Positions 45,590-57,406 of a DNA stretch of 64,000 nucleotides are shown piece after piece; within the stretch, counting starts at the first letter, position 1; every line of letters starts with the position of its first letter. Made by a program: the position numbers and the translations under genes. A model generated the notes under the pieces. That model worked only from the letters and a program-made list of their open reading frames with translations, ran no database searches and was not told the DNA's origin. The DNA is from an uncultured Bacteroidota bacterium (GTDB lineage Bacteria > Bacteroidota > Bacteroidia > Chitinophagales > Chitinophagaceae): positions 8,422-72,421 of the forward strand of contig CAILLK010000117.1 of the NCBI GenBank assembly GCA_903835005.1, read 5' to 3'.

Positions 45590-46158
45590 TTTCTTGGCTT
45601 TAAGAAACTAACCCTGGTATTCCCAAGTTAAGCGCAGCACGTAGGAAACTATAACATCACAGTTGATGTTTTATCATTCTTGAAATTGAAAAGCAGACTC
45701 GGCGAAATGTAGTATTTAAATTCAGCACTCCTGATCTCTAGCAGTAAATAATGCGACATTTTGCTGAAAATAGTGATGAAGTCAGATGAGCTTGATGGCA
45801 TATTCCCAATTGCCGAGTGGGATTTGTGGGTTTACGAAAGTCTATCCCGATTTTCCACAGTGAGGGGCAAGGGATATAACTTTTTTTATACTTTAATAGT
45901 TCCAGTCTGCGAATAATTGTCCAAAGTAGATGTAAGGGCAAGGAATTCTGATATTCCACAATAACAGGCATTTAGAAGAATTTATCCACAAAATTTGGTA
46001 AATAATTCCAATTATAGTATCTTTGTGAGCGAATAATTGGAAATAATTAAATGAATTTATGCAAAACCAGGAATTGCGCCCTGAAAAAAGGATTCCACGG
46101 AAACTGCGCCTTTGCGGGAGACTTTATCAGGAATTTATAACACGTAAATACTAAACAA

Positions 46159-47001
46159 ATGAAGAACCAGGAAAAACTAATGGCAGAACAATTGTTCTAT
46201 CAATCCAATCTCACAAAATCACAGATAGCCGATTGCATTGGCATCAACCGCCGGACACTCACTACCTGGATCAACGACAACCAGTGGGACCGCATCCGCA
46301 CCAGTGCACAACACATGCCAGCCTTGATTGCCGAGAATTTATATATTGCAATGGCACACCTTACCAACAATATACTCTCTGTAGACCGAGTCAACAAACC
46401 CATCACCGATACCGAAAGCAAAATCCTGCATCGCATGATTCTTGACATAAACAAACTAAAAAACCGCGCTACTCTCAACGAAAATCTCGAAATGATGCGC
46501 TACTTCATGGAGTTCGTCCAATCCAAAGACCCCGAAGCAGTTGATTTGATTCAACCCTTCGTCCAGGAATACATAAAATCCCGCGCCAGGGTTCAGCCCG
46601 GCAGGTTCATGCCTCCTGATTTCAATGATGATGGCCTCAGAACCCCCAAAGAAGAAAATTTCGAAGAGCTCCATAAAGATATCGAAGAGCGCTTGAACCC
46701 GGTAGAAGTTCCTGACCCCTATGAAACGGATAACGAATCAGTCAACAAACCACCCATCACAACAGTGGGCCCGGGCTTCATTCCCAACACGCGGCCATCC
46801 CCTTCATTAAAATCAGGCGCATCAAATACATTATACCACACTACAGGTACGCTTGAACCAGACGGACAAATAGAAGAACCAAAAGATGAAAACTACATAA
46901 ACGACCTGATCGCCAAAAAGCAAGGCAACCTCAACCGCGCAGCCCGTCGTAAACTCGCCAAAAACCAACAAAAGCAAAAGAATACCTGCTCAAATAAATA
47001 A
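46159..47001 (+). CDS. HTH-containing protein resembling phage terminase small subunit / YjcR-like N-terminus, with disordered basic C-terminus
   Basis: AEQLFYQSNLTKSQIADCIGINRRTLTTWINDNQWD is an HTH followed by the W-D motif. The C-terminal tail is rich in P/N/K/Q. Confidence 0.45.
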   Translation: MKNQEKLMAEQLFYQSNLTKSQIADCIGINRRTLTTWINDNQWDRIRTSAQHMPALIAENLYIAMAHLTNNILSVDRVNKPITDTESKILHRMILDINKLKNRATLNENLEMMRYFMEFVQSKDPEAVDLIQPFVQEYIKSRARVQPGRFMPPDFNDDGLRTPKEENFEELHKDIEERLNPVEVPDPYETDNESVNKPPITTVGPGFIPNTRPSPSLKSGASNTLYHTTGTLEPDGQIEEPKDENYINDLIAKKQGNLNRAARRKLAKNQQKQKNTCSNK

Positions 47002-47439
47002 ATAATTTAACGGGAGTTCGATGACTTAATTCGATCTTTGAAGCTTATTATCATTAATTAAGTGAAAATCTGAAAGGATTATATGTTTATAATTATTGAT
47101 CAGGATATTTGACCGATGCTGCCTGCCTGCCGCCATAGCTTCAGCGGAGGTACAAGGTATCGAATGTTTTAATTGCCCTGCTGGTAATCGGAACAATAAG
47201 TTGATAATCTGATCATTAAGCTCCTAACTCAGGATAATTTAGTTAGTTCATACTTATGTGGCTTGTATTAATGTTTGTTATGTAGACGGTACATTGCAAC
47301 ATCTAATGATTATTTGCGTTTTGTATTATTCTTAGTGATCTTGGGGGTTAATTGTATTGCAGCAATTTATGTTTAAATGACCCTGTAGTATGCCCTGAAG
47401 TTTTCAAAGTTGTTGACAAACACTAACAGGTATCAGGAA

Positions 47440-47474
47440 AAAATGTCCCAAATCAACAAAGAATGGGACATTTT
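47440..47474. terminator. Bidirectional hairpin terminator candidate
   Basis: AAAATGTCCCA (47440-47450) and TGGGACATTTT (47464-47474) form a perfect 11-bp stem with A/T tracts on both sides. It lies ~150 nt downstream of the minus-strand YtxH gene. Confidence 0.5.
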
Positions 47475-47620
47475 ATACCCTTATTACATTGATTGTCAAT
47501 GCCAATGTGGGGCTTTTTATTTTTTGGGTAAATGGGGCATTTCAATTGTCTGAGCAAAATAATCTTACTTCCGCTCATTATGCAGATCCGGTTTAGACAG
47601 AGATAGGAAATTTATCCATT

Positions 47621-47875
47621 CTATCCCTTAAGCCGCTGATTCACCTTATCCAGTTGCTCCTGCAGCGCCTCACTCAGCTCTTCAAGGGTTTCCTTGTCCA
47701 GGTCTTCTATTTCCTCGTCCTCGCCACAACAACCGCAACAACTGAATTTGCTTTTCAGTTTCTTTAGCTTTTTGCGTGTATCCGATCCCTTTTCTGGTGC
47801 ATACAGTAAGCCGAGAACTGCCCCAACGGCGAAGCTGGCAGCTACGGTAATAAACACATTTTTAGCTTTGCTCAT
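47621..47875 (-). CDS. YtxH domain-containing protein
   Basis: From Met16, MSKAKNVFITVAASFAVGAVLGLLYAPEKGSDTRKKLKK is the typical YtxH N-terminus. Confidence 0.75.
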   Translation of the reverse strand: MSKAKNVFITVAASFAVGAVLGLLYAPEKGSDTRKKLKKLKSKFSCCGCCGEDEEIEDLDKETLEELSEALQEQLDKVNQRLKG

Positions 47876-47897
47876 ATAGTATCTTTTGGGGCATGGG

Positions 47898-48140
47898 TTA
47901 TACCTTGGCCAATCTGTCATTTACTTTGTTTAGTTGTTTCTGTAGTATGTCTTTTATTTCTTCCAGCGATTCTTTGCCTTCATCAATATGGTCGCCAACT
48001 ATGCCTGCAAGTTTTTTGCCGCGTTTTACAATTTTGCGCCTGGTTTCATATCCTTCTTCGGGTGCAAACAATACCCCGATAGCTGCGCCTATTGCAATAC
48101 TTGCGCCCACCGCTGCCAGTAATTTTATTGTCTTGTTCAT
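47898..48140 (-). CDS. YtxH domain-containing protein (tandem paralog)
   Basis: From Met19, MNKTIKLLAAVGASIAIGAAIGVLFAPEEGYETRRKIVKRGKKL. Confidence 0.75.
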   Translation of the reverse strand: MNKTIKLLAAVGASIAIGAAIGVLFAPEEGYETRRKIVKRGKKLAGIVGDHIDEGKESLEEIKDILQKQLNKVNDRLAKV

Positions 48141-48338
48141 AATTGTCGTTTTTAATAATTTAATATTCTGCTGTAAAAGTATGCCATGAACCATTAATTT
48201 GAATTGACGAAAATCACATGGAGGAATGATAGTGGTCGGAATACCCGGAAAATACAGGTATTACTTTTGGAGTCAGATACAATTGAGTGTTCATTTTCAG
48301 GATTGTTATTCTTAAATTTGCCCAAAATCAAACGCAGG

Positions 48339-48914
48339 ATGAAATTGATCAGAAAAGGAGTTGTTTCCGCATTTTTTAGCATATTTTTAATACATGGAGC
48401 ACTGCTTGCCCAGGTAGTTAGCGAAGCCCCGGTTAAAATCGGTAAAACCCCTTGCAGCGGATTTATTGCTTTATCCGGAAAAAGCAAGGATGAAGTTACC
48501 GGTATTTTAAAAGAGCAGTTGGGTGCTGAGGGCCTTAAAAAACATGGCAAAAAACACAAATTTACTGTTTACAAAGGGGTAGTGTGGCATGTCACCGGCT
48601 CCAATAGGGTAGACCTATATTATAAAGTTACAGGAAATAAGAAGCACTCAAAAGTATATTTTATCGCATCCAAAGGCTACGATAACTACATTACAGCAAC
48701 CAACGATCAGCAGGACGCGGCATCTGTTACATCCTACCTGAGCAGTCTCGATGGCGCTATTACCCTGAATGATGAGCTGAAAAAGAAGGCTGAGGAACTC
48801 AATGCCCTGAATAATAAACTGGACAAAGAAAAAGCCGCTGTAAATAAAACAGAAGCGGCAAGAACCCAAAAAGTAATGGAGGTAAAGAAAATAGAAAAAA
48901 CAGAAGCTTACTAA
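48339..48914 (+). CDS. Secreted protein with C-terminal coiled coil, unknown function
   Basis: Signal peptide from Met46 of the ORF (MKLIRKGVVSAFFSIFLIHGALLAQ). C-terminal KKKAEELNALNNKLDKEKAAVNKTEAARTQK. Confidence 0.5.
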   Translation: MKLIRKGVVSAFFSIFLIHGALLAQVVSEAPVKIGKTPCSGFIALSGKSKDEVTGILKEQLGAEGLKKHGKKHKFTVYKGVVWHVTGSNRVDLYYKVTGNKKHSKVYFIASKGYDNYITATNDQQDAASVTSYLSSLDGAITLNDELKKKAEELNALNNKLDKEKAAVNKTEAARTQKVMEVKKIEKTEAY

Positions 48915-48933
48915 ATATTTGATGGATAATGTT

Positions 48934-48950
48934 TATAGAAACATTCTATA
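48934..48950. promoter_or_regulatory. Palindrome TATAGAA-ACA-TTCTATA upstream of katG (candidate operator)
   Basis: A perfect 7-3-7 inverted repeat, 94 nt upstream of the katG ATG. Confidence 0.3.
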
Positions 48951-49025
48951 CCATAATTTAAATAAGAAGTTTCGTTTGTCGTTCGTTCTGAACAACTTTG
49001 CAAGATCGCAATAGGCTTAAACTAA

Positions 49026-51266
<2,241 letters not shown>

Positions 51267-51291
51267 ATTGCTTATTTTATTTCTTTTTAAG

Positions 51292-51326
51292 CCGCCTCAA
51301 TGCAAATTTGAGGCGGTTTGTATTTT
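51292..51326 (+). terminator. Rho-independent terminator of katG
   Basis: CCGCCTCAA (51292-51300), a 7 nt loop and TTGAGGCGG (51308-51316), followed by TTTGTATTTT. Confidence 0.75.
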
Positions 51327-51406
51327 CAGGGCTATTAGCAGATTTTATTTTATAGCCTTTCATTAGCAATTAAATCCTTATTTTTGATGAATCTGTAGAA
51401 GACAAA

Positions 51407-52102
51407 ATGAAAATATTATATTTATTTATATTCATTATAGCTATTGTTTGCAAGTCTTTTGCACAGGATTTTGTGCCAGATCAATATATTTATTCCGATG
51501 GGGTACTTGATGTGGAGTCCATACCCAATATAGGTTACGAACATTTTTTCAAGCACAAACCAAGGGTTAAAAGCTGGCGTGTGGATTTAGCTTACCAGGT
51601 TCACTACAGTAATCAGTTTGGCATTGTTGCCTCACATGGCGATAAGATAAGTGCTGGAGTGTACCAGGGGCCGGCAGCCAAATTTGGTTACTGCCATTAC
51701 AAAAGCAAGAACCGCAAAAACTGGCATAATTATTATTCTCCCAGCCTGGATGTTAAATATTTGTGGTACGACAGCATACAGGTAAATACCGGCCGCCGCA
51801 CTACCACCGATGCCTTCAGGATACAATCTGAAAAGTGTTACGCCGCTGTGCCGCAATTTGCAATAGGCGCCAAGCATATTAAAGATTGGTTCTGCGCCGA
51901 TTTCTTTATTGGTTTGCAATTCCCCGTTAAAGACAGGTTAAAAACAGTTTATTGGGATCAAAGCAGTGCCATAAATGTAAATACCAATGTGCCTTATAAG
52001 TCAAGCCCGGTTACTATCCAGCCGGGAATACTGGCAGGTATCACCCTGGGCTTTATCAAATTAAATAAAACTCCGGCATACCTGGAAAAAAGCGGGATGT
52101 AG
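51407..52102 (+). CDS. Secreted protein, possibly a small outer-membrane beta-barrel; unknown
   Basis: Signal peptide MKILYLFIFIIAIVCKSFAQ. Alternating aromatic/polar strands. No family recognised. Confidence 0.4.
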   Translation: MKILYLFIFIIAIVCKSFAQDFVPDQYIYSDGVLDVESIPNIGYEHFFKHKPRVKSWRVDLAYQVHYSNQFGIVASHGDKISAGVYQGPAAKFGYCHYKSKNRKNWHNYYSPSLDVKYLWYDSIQVNTGRRTTTDAFRIQSEKCYAAVPQFAIGAKHIKDWFCADFFIGLQFPVKDRLKTVYWDQSSAINVNTNVPYKSSPVTIQPGILAGITLGFIKLNKTPAYLEKSGM

Positions 52103-52205
52103 AAATTTCCTGCGCTAAATCTGAAATTGGAATTTAGGAATTATCTATTAATGGATATTATTTTAATCAAAATAATATGTTATTTTGTTTATATTGTTGT
52201 AAATA

Positions 52206-52901
52206 TTATTTCATGCGTTGGTAGCTGTTTTGAAGATCATCCTGAATGACAAAAGCCTGTTTAGTCTCTACAGTACTCAGTATCAGGTCTTCGGCAAGTT
52301 CCACTTTTGTATACGACCAACCCTTAGGCAGTTTGTTTCTGGTGCCCATAAAAGACATATCACCAAGGTTGGCTTCAGTTAGGGTTGGTTCAGATATCTG
52401 TGCATAACTTTGCATTATGTATATATGATCCGGACTTATCAGTTCATATACCATACTTCCTTTCCTGAATACATATTCCGTTGAGCGGGTTACAGTTCTT
52501 TCTTCGTAGGGTTTGGCTTTGCCTTTCAATATATCACTAAGGCTTAATTTTACGGTGGCGCGTGCCTTCATTTCCAATCCGTTAATATTTGTTTTAGGAG
52601 ATTCGGCATTGGTTTGGCCTATTTTATCCATCATAAAGTAGCGGGGCCCGTTCAGAAATACAGCCTGTGCATTGAGCTCCTTTTTAAGCTTTTCCGCTTC
52701 CTGTTTCTGCCATTTATCCTCAGGGCATTTATTACACCCCAGGGTATTATATACAGTTGCTGTCAGGTCAGTTAACCCGCCGGTTACTACAAGTATTTCG
52801 CAATAACGGGTGCCACGCACACCTGCCATCATTTTTAATTCCTGTCCTGTAACATGGATAGACAGCAGCAAAACAACAGACAAAAAATGTATTTTCTTCA
52901 T
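52206..52901 (-). CDS. Secreted protein, unknown function
   Basis: Signal peptide from Met4 (MKKIHFLSVVLLLSIHVTGQ). No family recognised. Confidence 0.4.
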   Translation of the reverse strand: MKKIHFLSVVLLLSIHVTGQELKMMAGVRGTRYCEILVVTGGLTDLTATVYNTLGCNKCPEDKWQKQEAEKLKKELNAQAVFLNGPRYFMMDKIGQTNAESPKTNINGLEMKARATVKLSLSDILKGKAKPYEERTVTRSTEYVFRKGSMVYELISPDHIYIMQSYAQISEPTLTEANLGDMSFMGTRNKLPKGWSYTKVELAEDLILSTVETKQAFVIQDDLQNSYQRMK

Positions 52902-52937
52902 AACATACAATTTCGAAACCTTAGCTAAATTCCATAA

Positions 52938-52979
52938 AACAGGAATAGCAACAAAATTTATTTTGCTGCTATTCCTGTT
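52938..52979 (-). terminator. Hairpin downstream of the multicopper oxidase gene (weak terminator candidate)
   Basis: AACAGGAATAGC (52938-52949) and GCTATTCCTGTT (52968-52979) form a perfect 12-bp stem. Only a short T tract follows on the minus strand. Confidence 0.45.
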
Positions 52980-53006
52980 AAAGAATTAAGCGTTATTCAG
53001 CAGCCC

Positions 53007-54704
53007 TTATTCCTTTACAAACTTCTTAGTGATTACTTTTTTGGTTGCATCATCGGTAAGTTGCATAAAATAGGTACCCGGTGCAAAATAGCTCACATCA
53101 ATACCACCAGCCAGTTGAGGGCGGGGCAGCATATACATTGTCCGGCCTATGCTGTTGGTAATAGTGATATAATATACCTGCATTGCTGGATCTGAAAGAG
53201 CCACGTAAATCCTCGTATTCGCCGGATTAGGGTAAATAGTAAAATCTGAAGGCTCTTTTTGAATCTGAGCTACGCTGGTCTGATCATCTACCACAAATTG
53301 GCCCATCATGCCGCCATCTTCATGCGGCGCTATATGGCAATGGTACATGAACGGGTGGATAGGATCGGCATAATCGGTGAATTTGGCAACGAAAGATACC
53401 GTTTCATTTACATGGAGATAATAGGTATCCTTCCAGCCTGATTCATAACTGGCAACCGGCCCCGAACTCCTTGAAATCAGTTTAAACTGAATATCATGAA
53501 TATGGAAGCTATGCCCGAAAACATTATTATTGGTTACCGTCCATTCATGCACACTGTTCAGGCCCAGGTCCTTGTTAATGTAAGAGAGCACAAACGGGGT
53601 ATTATCAAAAGAAAATGGAAGACCGCCAGGCCCGGGTGTTCCCTGCGTAACTTTAATGGTATCCAGTACAGTAGCATCGGCAGCTGTAAGGTAAGTATTA
53701 CTAACCAGTGAGGTTGGTAATGAAGTTATAGCTCCTGTAGTTGCAGCAGTTACATTCATATGCATTACTGTAAAGTTGATATTGTTGAGCAGGCTCCCGA
53801 AAGGTCCTGTAGCGTTAGGCTCAGAACCCGGAAAACCGAATTCCTGCCCGGCATTGTAGGCCACCAGGTTCAGCGTATCGCCTACGGCACTGGTACCGAG
53901 GTTTACCAGTATTTCAGCTCTTTCCCCAATTAGTAATTTTACCCTGGTCACAGGCACCGGGGCATCCAGCAGTCCGCCGTCATTGCCTATTACCCAGAAA
54001 GTCCGGTTATCACTGAAGCCCAGGTTGTACCCCCTTTCCAGTTCCACATTGAGTATGCGCAGTCTCACATACTGTTTGGGAAGATTCACCTGAGGATTCA
54101 TGGTGCCGTTTACAAGCATATAGTCACCATAAGGGCTGGTATTGGTGAATGCATTGCTGGCATCAAAACTGCGGCTGGTAAGCGCCAGGGGAATGTCGTC
54201 AACCCCATAGGTTCTTGGCAGAGCAAGGGCTGCCTCTGCAGGGTCTCTTACAATAATAAAACCGCCAATTCCCTGCAGAAGCTGCATTTCTGTCTTCATA
54301 TGAAGGTGCGGGTGGTACCAGAAAGTTGAAGCATTGTTGGTTACTTTCCAGTAGGGTTGCCACACAGTTCCTGTAGGTATGGTCTGATGAGGGCCGCCAT
54401 CCATTACGGCAGGCAGGTGCATGCCATGCCAGTGCAGGGTAGTAGTGTCGTTCAGATAATTGTGCACATTCATATGAACACTGTCGCCCTGATTAAAAAT
54501 AAGGGTAGGCCCCCAGAAGGTGCCGTTGATACCGGCAGTTATGGTCTGGTTACCTGGTCGGTACTGAACAAAAGTGTCCCTCATGTTCAGGTTGAAGGTG
54601 GTACCGGATAAGGTATCAGGTATATGTAAGGTGTTGTATTGCGCCTGGGTGCTCCCGGCCATAAAACAAAGTGATATCCCGGTAAGGAATGATTTTATCA
54701 TCAT
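53007..54704 (-). CDS. Multicopper oxidase (laccase/CueO-like) with T9SS type A C-terminal sorting domain
   Basis: Copper ligand motifs HWHGMH, WYHPHLH, HIHDIQF and HCHIAPHEDGGM. C-terminal TIYPNPANTRIYVAL...GTYFMQLTDDATKKVITKKFVKE. Confidence 0.85.
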   Translation of the reverse strand: MMIKSFLTGISLCFMAGSTQAQYNTLHIPDTLSGTTFNLNMRDTFVQYRPGNQTITAGINGTFWGPTLIFNQGDSVHMNVHNYLNDTTTLHWHGMHLPAVMDGGPHQTIPTGTVWQPYWKVTNNASTFWYHPHLHMKTEMQLLQGIGGFIIVRDPAEAALALPRTYGVDDIPLALTSRSFDASNAFTNTSPYGDYMLVNGTMNPQVNLPKQYVRLRILNVELERGYNLGFSDNRTFWVIGNDGGLLDAPVPVTRVKLLIGERAEILVNLGTSAVGDTLNLVAYNAGQEFGFPGSEPNATGPFGSLLNNINFTVMHMNVTAATTGAITSLPTSLVSNTYLTAADATVLDTIKVTQGTPGPGGLPFSFDNTPFVLSYINKDLGLNSVHEWTVTNNNVFGHSFHIHDIQFKLISRSSGPVASYESGWKDTYYLHVNETVSFVAKFTDYADPIHPFMYHCHIAPHEDGGMMGQFVVDDQTSVAQIQKEPSDFTIYPNPANTRIYVALSDPAMQVYYITITNSIGRTMYMLPRPQLAGGIDVSYFAPGTYFMQLTDDATKKVITKKFVKE

Positions 54705-54884
54705 AAGTATTGGTTGTTTATTGTGTTAGACGAGCATTTTATCTTTTTCCTTCGTGAAAGCTTTATTTTAAAATTTCTGATCTATTGATTAACCTACGGC
54801 CCGTTATTTCATTATTGCCATTATCCCGTTAACTTGCACGTTTGCACCTTTGTATATTGCTACATTTGCACATTATTTAAGTCC

Positions 54885-57326
54885 ATGTTTGCCGATATCA
54901 TTCTCCCGCTTAATCTCCCGCAGATACTCACTTACGGGGTGCCGCTCGAAATGCAGGATATCCTGCAGCCGGGTATGCGTGTAGAAGTGCAGTTGGGGAA
55001 TAACAAACAATATGCCGGCATAATAGAAAACATCCACAACAACAAGCCTGAGGCCTACATGGTAAAACCCATCCGTGGCATTATTGATGAGTACCCGGTA
55101 GTAAGTGCCAGGCACCTGCAGTTCTGGCGCTGGATAGGTCATTATTACATGGCAGCTCCGGGCGAAGTAATGCAGGCTGCCCTGCCAGCCCACCTCAAGC
55201 TGATGGGTGAAACCCGCCTGGAATGGGTAGGCGACCAATCTATAACTTATGAATGGAGCAATGAGGCCTTTCCGGCTACGGAAGCATTGATTATCCGGAA
55301 AGAGATAACCATAAGCGAATTAAGAACTATTATTGGTCCGCGCCACTTCGCAGCCGTACTCAATGAGTTGCTGGAAAAAGAAGCGGTGCAGATCAATGAA
55401 GCCCTGGAAGCTTCATTTAAGCCCCGGCGGGAAAAGGTAGTGTCGCTGGCGGCTGAATATACAGACGAACAGGCTCTGATGGCGCTCTTTAAAAAACTGG
55501 AGAAGGCCCCCAAGCAACTGGAACTGCTAATGGCCTACACAGAAATAGCCATGAAGCAAGGCATAGTAAAACAAAGCGATCTTCAGGACAGGGTTAAAGC
55601 GCCCTATACCCTTATTAAAACGCTGAGCGACAAAGGAATCTTCACAGTAGAAGAAAAAAATGTGGACCGCCTCATTTATAAATCGATTAAAGGATCTAAA
55701 GAAATCGTATTCACACCAGCCCAACAAACTGCTTATGAAGAACTCAATACAGGCCTAAATGACAAAAATGTAGCGCTGCTGCATGGCGTAACCGGCAGTG
55801 GCAAAACCCTGCTTTATATTCATAAAATTAAAGAGTGCATAGCTGCTGGCAAGCAGGCCATATTGCTGCTGCCTGAGATAGGGCTTACCACCCAGATCAT
55901 CAGCCGGCTGCATGCCTACTTTGGAGAAGTGCTGGGTGTTTATCATTCCCACTTCAGCAATAATGAGCGGGTAGAGATATGGGAGAAGGTGCGCAAAGGC
56001 ACCTTCCAGGTAGTAGCCGGCCCAAGGTCTGCTCTGTGGCTGCCCTACAATGATATCGGCCTGATAATAGTAGATGAAGAACACGATGGCTCCTATAAGC
56101 AGAAAGACCCTGCTCCCCGCTTTCATGCCCGCGATGCAGCCATATATCTGGCAGCCTTGTACGGTGCAAAAGTGATACTTGGTTCAGCAACTCCATCCAT
56201 AGAAAGCCTGTATAATGTGCAGCAGAAAAAGTTTGCCTATGTATCGATCAAAGACCGCTACCAGGGTGTGAACATGCCGGTAATAGAGATCATAAATGCT
56301 GCTTCGCTCAATACGGTGCGTCAGTTAGGTGTAAAGCTGCTTACCCCCGAACTTCAGGCTGCGATACTCGATGCATTGCAGCACAGAAAGCAGGTAATTC
56401 TGTTTCAGAACCGGAGAGGGTATACACCCATGCAGCTCTGCACCATCTGCGGCTGGGTGGCGCAATGCAAAAACTGTTCGGTTTCGCTCACCTACCACAA
56501 GAGTACCGACAAATTGCAATGCCATTATTGCGGACTTAAAGCTGCTGTGGTGCATACCTGCCCGCAGTGTGGGGGCACAAAACTGGTGAGTAAAACATTC
56601 GGCACCGAGAAGATAGAAGAAGAAGTTCAGCAGATATTCCCTAATGCCCGCGTGGCGCGAATGGACGTAGACAGTATGCGCGGCAAGCACAGCATGACCG
56701 AACTTCTGGATCAGCTTGAGAAACGCAAAGTGGATATCCTTGTAGGCACACAGATGGTGGTAAAGGGCCTTGATTTCGCTTCGGTTTCTCTGGTTGGAAT
56801 TCTCAGTGCCGACAGCCTGCTTGGTTATCCCGATTTCCGGGTAAATGAGCGTGCCTTCCAGCTCATGGAGCAGGTAAGTGGCCGGGCAGGCAGGGTAGAT
56901 GGAAAGGGCAGGGTGCTGATACAGGCCTACAACATTGCCCATCCGGTATTGCAATGGGTGAAAAACCATGATGTGCATACCTTTTACACTAATGAAATTC
57001 ACTACCGGGACCACTTTCTGTACCCGCCATTCACCCGACTCTTTAAGATCAGCTTCAAACATAAAGACGAACCCAAAGCTATAGCCGCCGCAGCACTTAT
57101 GGCCGAGTCGCTCCTCAACTTCCCTGGCATTGCCATACAAGGCCCCGGCCCGGCAATTGTTACCCGGGTACGCAACCAGTTCATCCACGAAATCTGGATC
57201 AAATCGCAGCGCGATACCAGAACACTTGAAACCCTCAAAACCTTCCTCAAAGAGCAGCGGCAGGTGATTCTCAGCAAGCGCGGTTTCAGCAATGTGACCG
57301 TACTTTTTGATGTTGATCCGGTATAG
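54885..57326 (+). CDS. priA: Primosomal protein N' (replication restart helicase)
   Basis: Walker A GVTGSGKT, DEEH box, Cys-rich zinc-binding insert (CTICGW...CKNC...CHYCG...CPQCGG). The start is taken at MFADIILPL (54885). Confidence 0.9.
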   Translation: MFADIILPLNLPQILTYGVPLEMQDILQPGMRVEVQLGNNKQYAGIIENIHNNKPEAYMVKPIRGIIDEYPVVSARHLQFWRWIGHYYMAAPGEVMQAALPAHLKLMGETRLEWVGDQSITYEWSNEAFPATEALIIRKEITISELRTIIGPRHFAAVLNELLEKEAVQINEALEASFKPRREKVVSLAAEYTDEQALMALFKKLEKAPKQLELLMAYTEIAMKQGIVKQSDLQDRVKAPYTLIKTLSDKGIFTVEEKNVDRLIYKSIKGSKEIVFTPAQQTAYEELNTGLNDKNVALLHGVTGSGKTLLYIHKIKECIAAGKQAILLLPEIGLTTQIISRLHAYFGEVLGVYHSHFSNNERVEIWEKVRKGTFQVVAGPRSALWLPYNDIGLIIVDEEHDGSYKQKDPAPRFHARDAAIYLAALYGAKVILGSATPSIESLYNVQQKKFAYVSIKDRYQGVNMPVIEIINAASLNTVRQLGVKLLTPELQAAILDALQHRKQVILFQNRRGYTPMQLCTICGWVAQCKNCSVSLTYHKSTDKLQCHYCGLKAAVVHTCPQCGGTKLVSKTFGTEKIEEEVQQIFPNARVARMDVDSMRGKHSMTELLDQLEKRKVDILVGTQMVVKGLDFASVSLVGILSADSLLGYPDFRVNERAFQLMEQVSGRAGRVDGKGRVLIQAYNIAHPVLQWVKNHDVHTFYTNEIHYRDHFLYPPFTRLFKISFKHKDEPKAIAAAALMAESLLNFPGIAIQGPGPAIVTRVRNQFIHEIWIKSQRDTRTLETLKTFLKEQRQVILSKRGFSNVTVLFDVDPV

Positions 57327-57406
57327 CCAAATACCCGATTAAAGTTTGTTTTTCGCCTATAAAATTATACCTTCATTTTCCTGTTTGCATATTTGAGATT
57401 CAGGCT

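Noticed and set aside
45587-45610. Hairpin TAGTTTCTT-GGCTT-AAGAAACTA overlapping the S41 peptidase stop codon, considered as a terminator
   Set aside because: No T tract follows, and the stem is AT-rich and short.
45738-45971. 77-aa minus-strand ORF in the gene-poor region
   Set aside because: It has no start context or motifs, and its Cys/Leu/Ile-rich composition is typical of random AT-rich ORFs. It is kept only as part of the non-coding region finding.
47120-47170. Sequence GCCGCCATAGCTTCAGCGGAGGTACAAGG, considered as a tRNA fragment or degenerate REP copy
   Set aside because: It has no cloverleaf and no T-loop GTTCGAATC-type motif. It shares only a 9-mer (CTTCAGCGG) with the REP core.
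54841-54868. TTTG-N16-TACATTTG upstream of priA, considered as a Bacteroidota promoter
   Set aside because: The -7-like element is perfect, but the spacer to the nearest TTTG is 16 nt rather than ~19-21, so it is too uncertain to list as a feature.
56325-57188. 287-aa minus-strand ORF inside priA
   Set aside because: It is antisense to a gene with Walker A, DEEH and zinc-finger motifs, so it is a shadow ORF.
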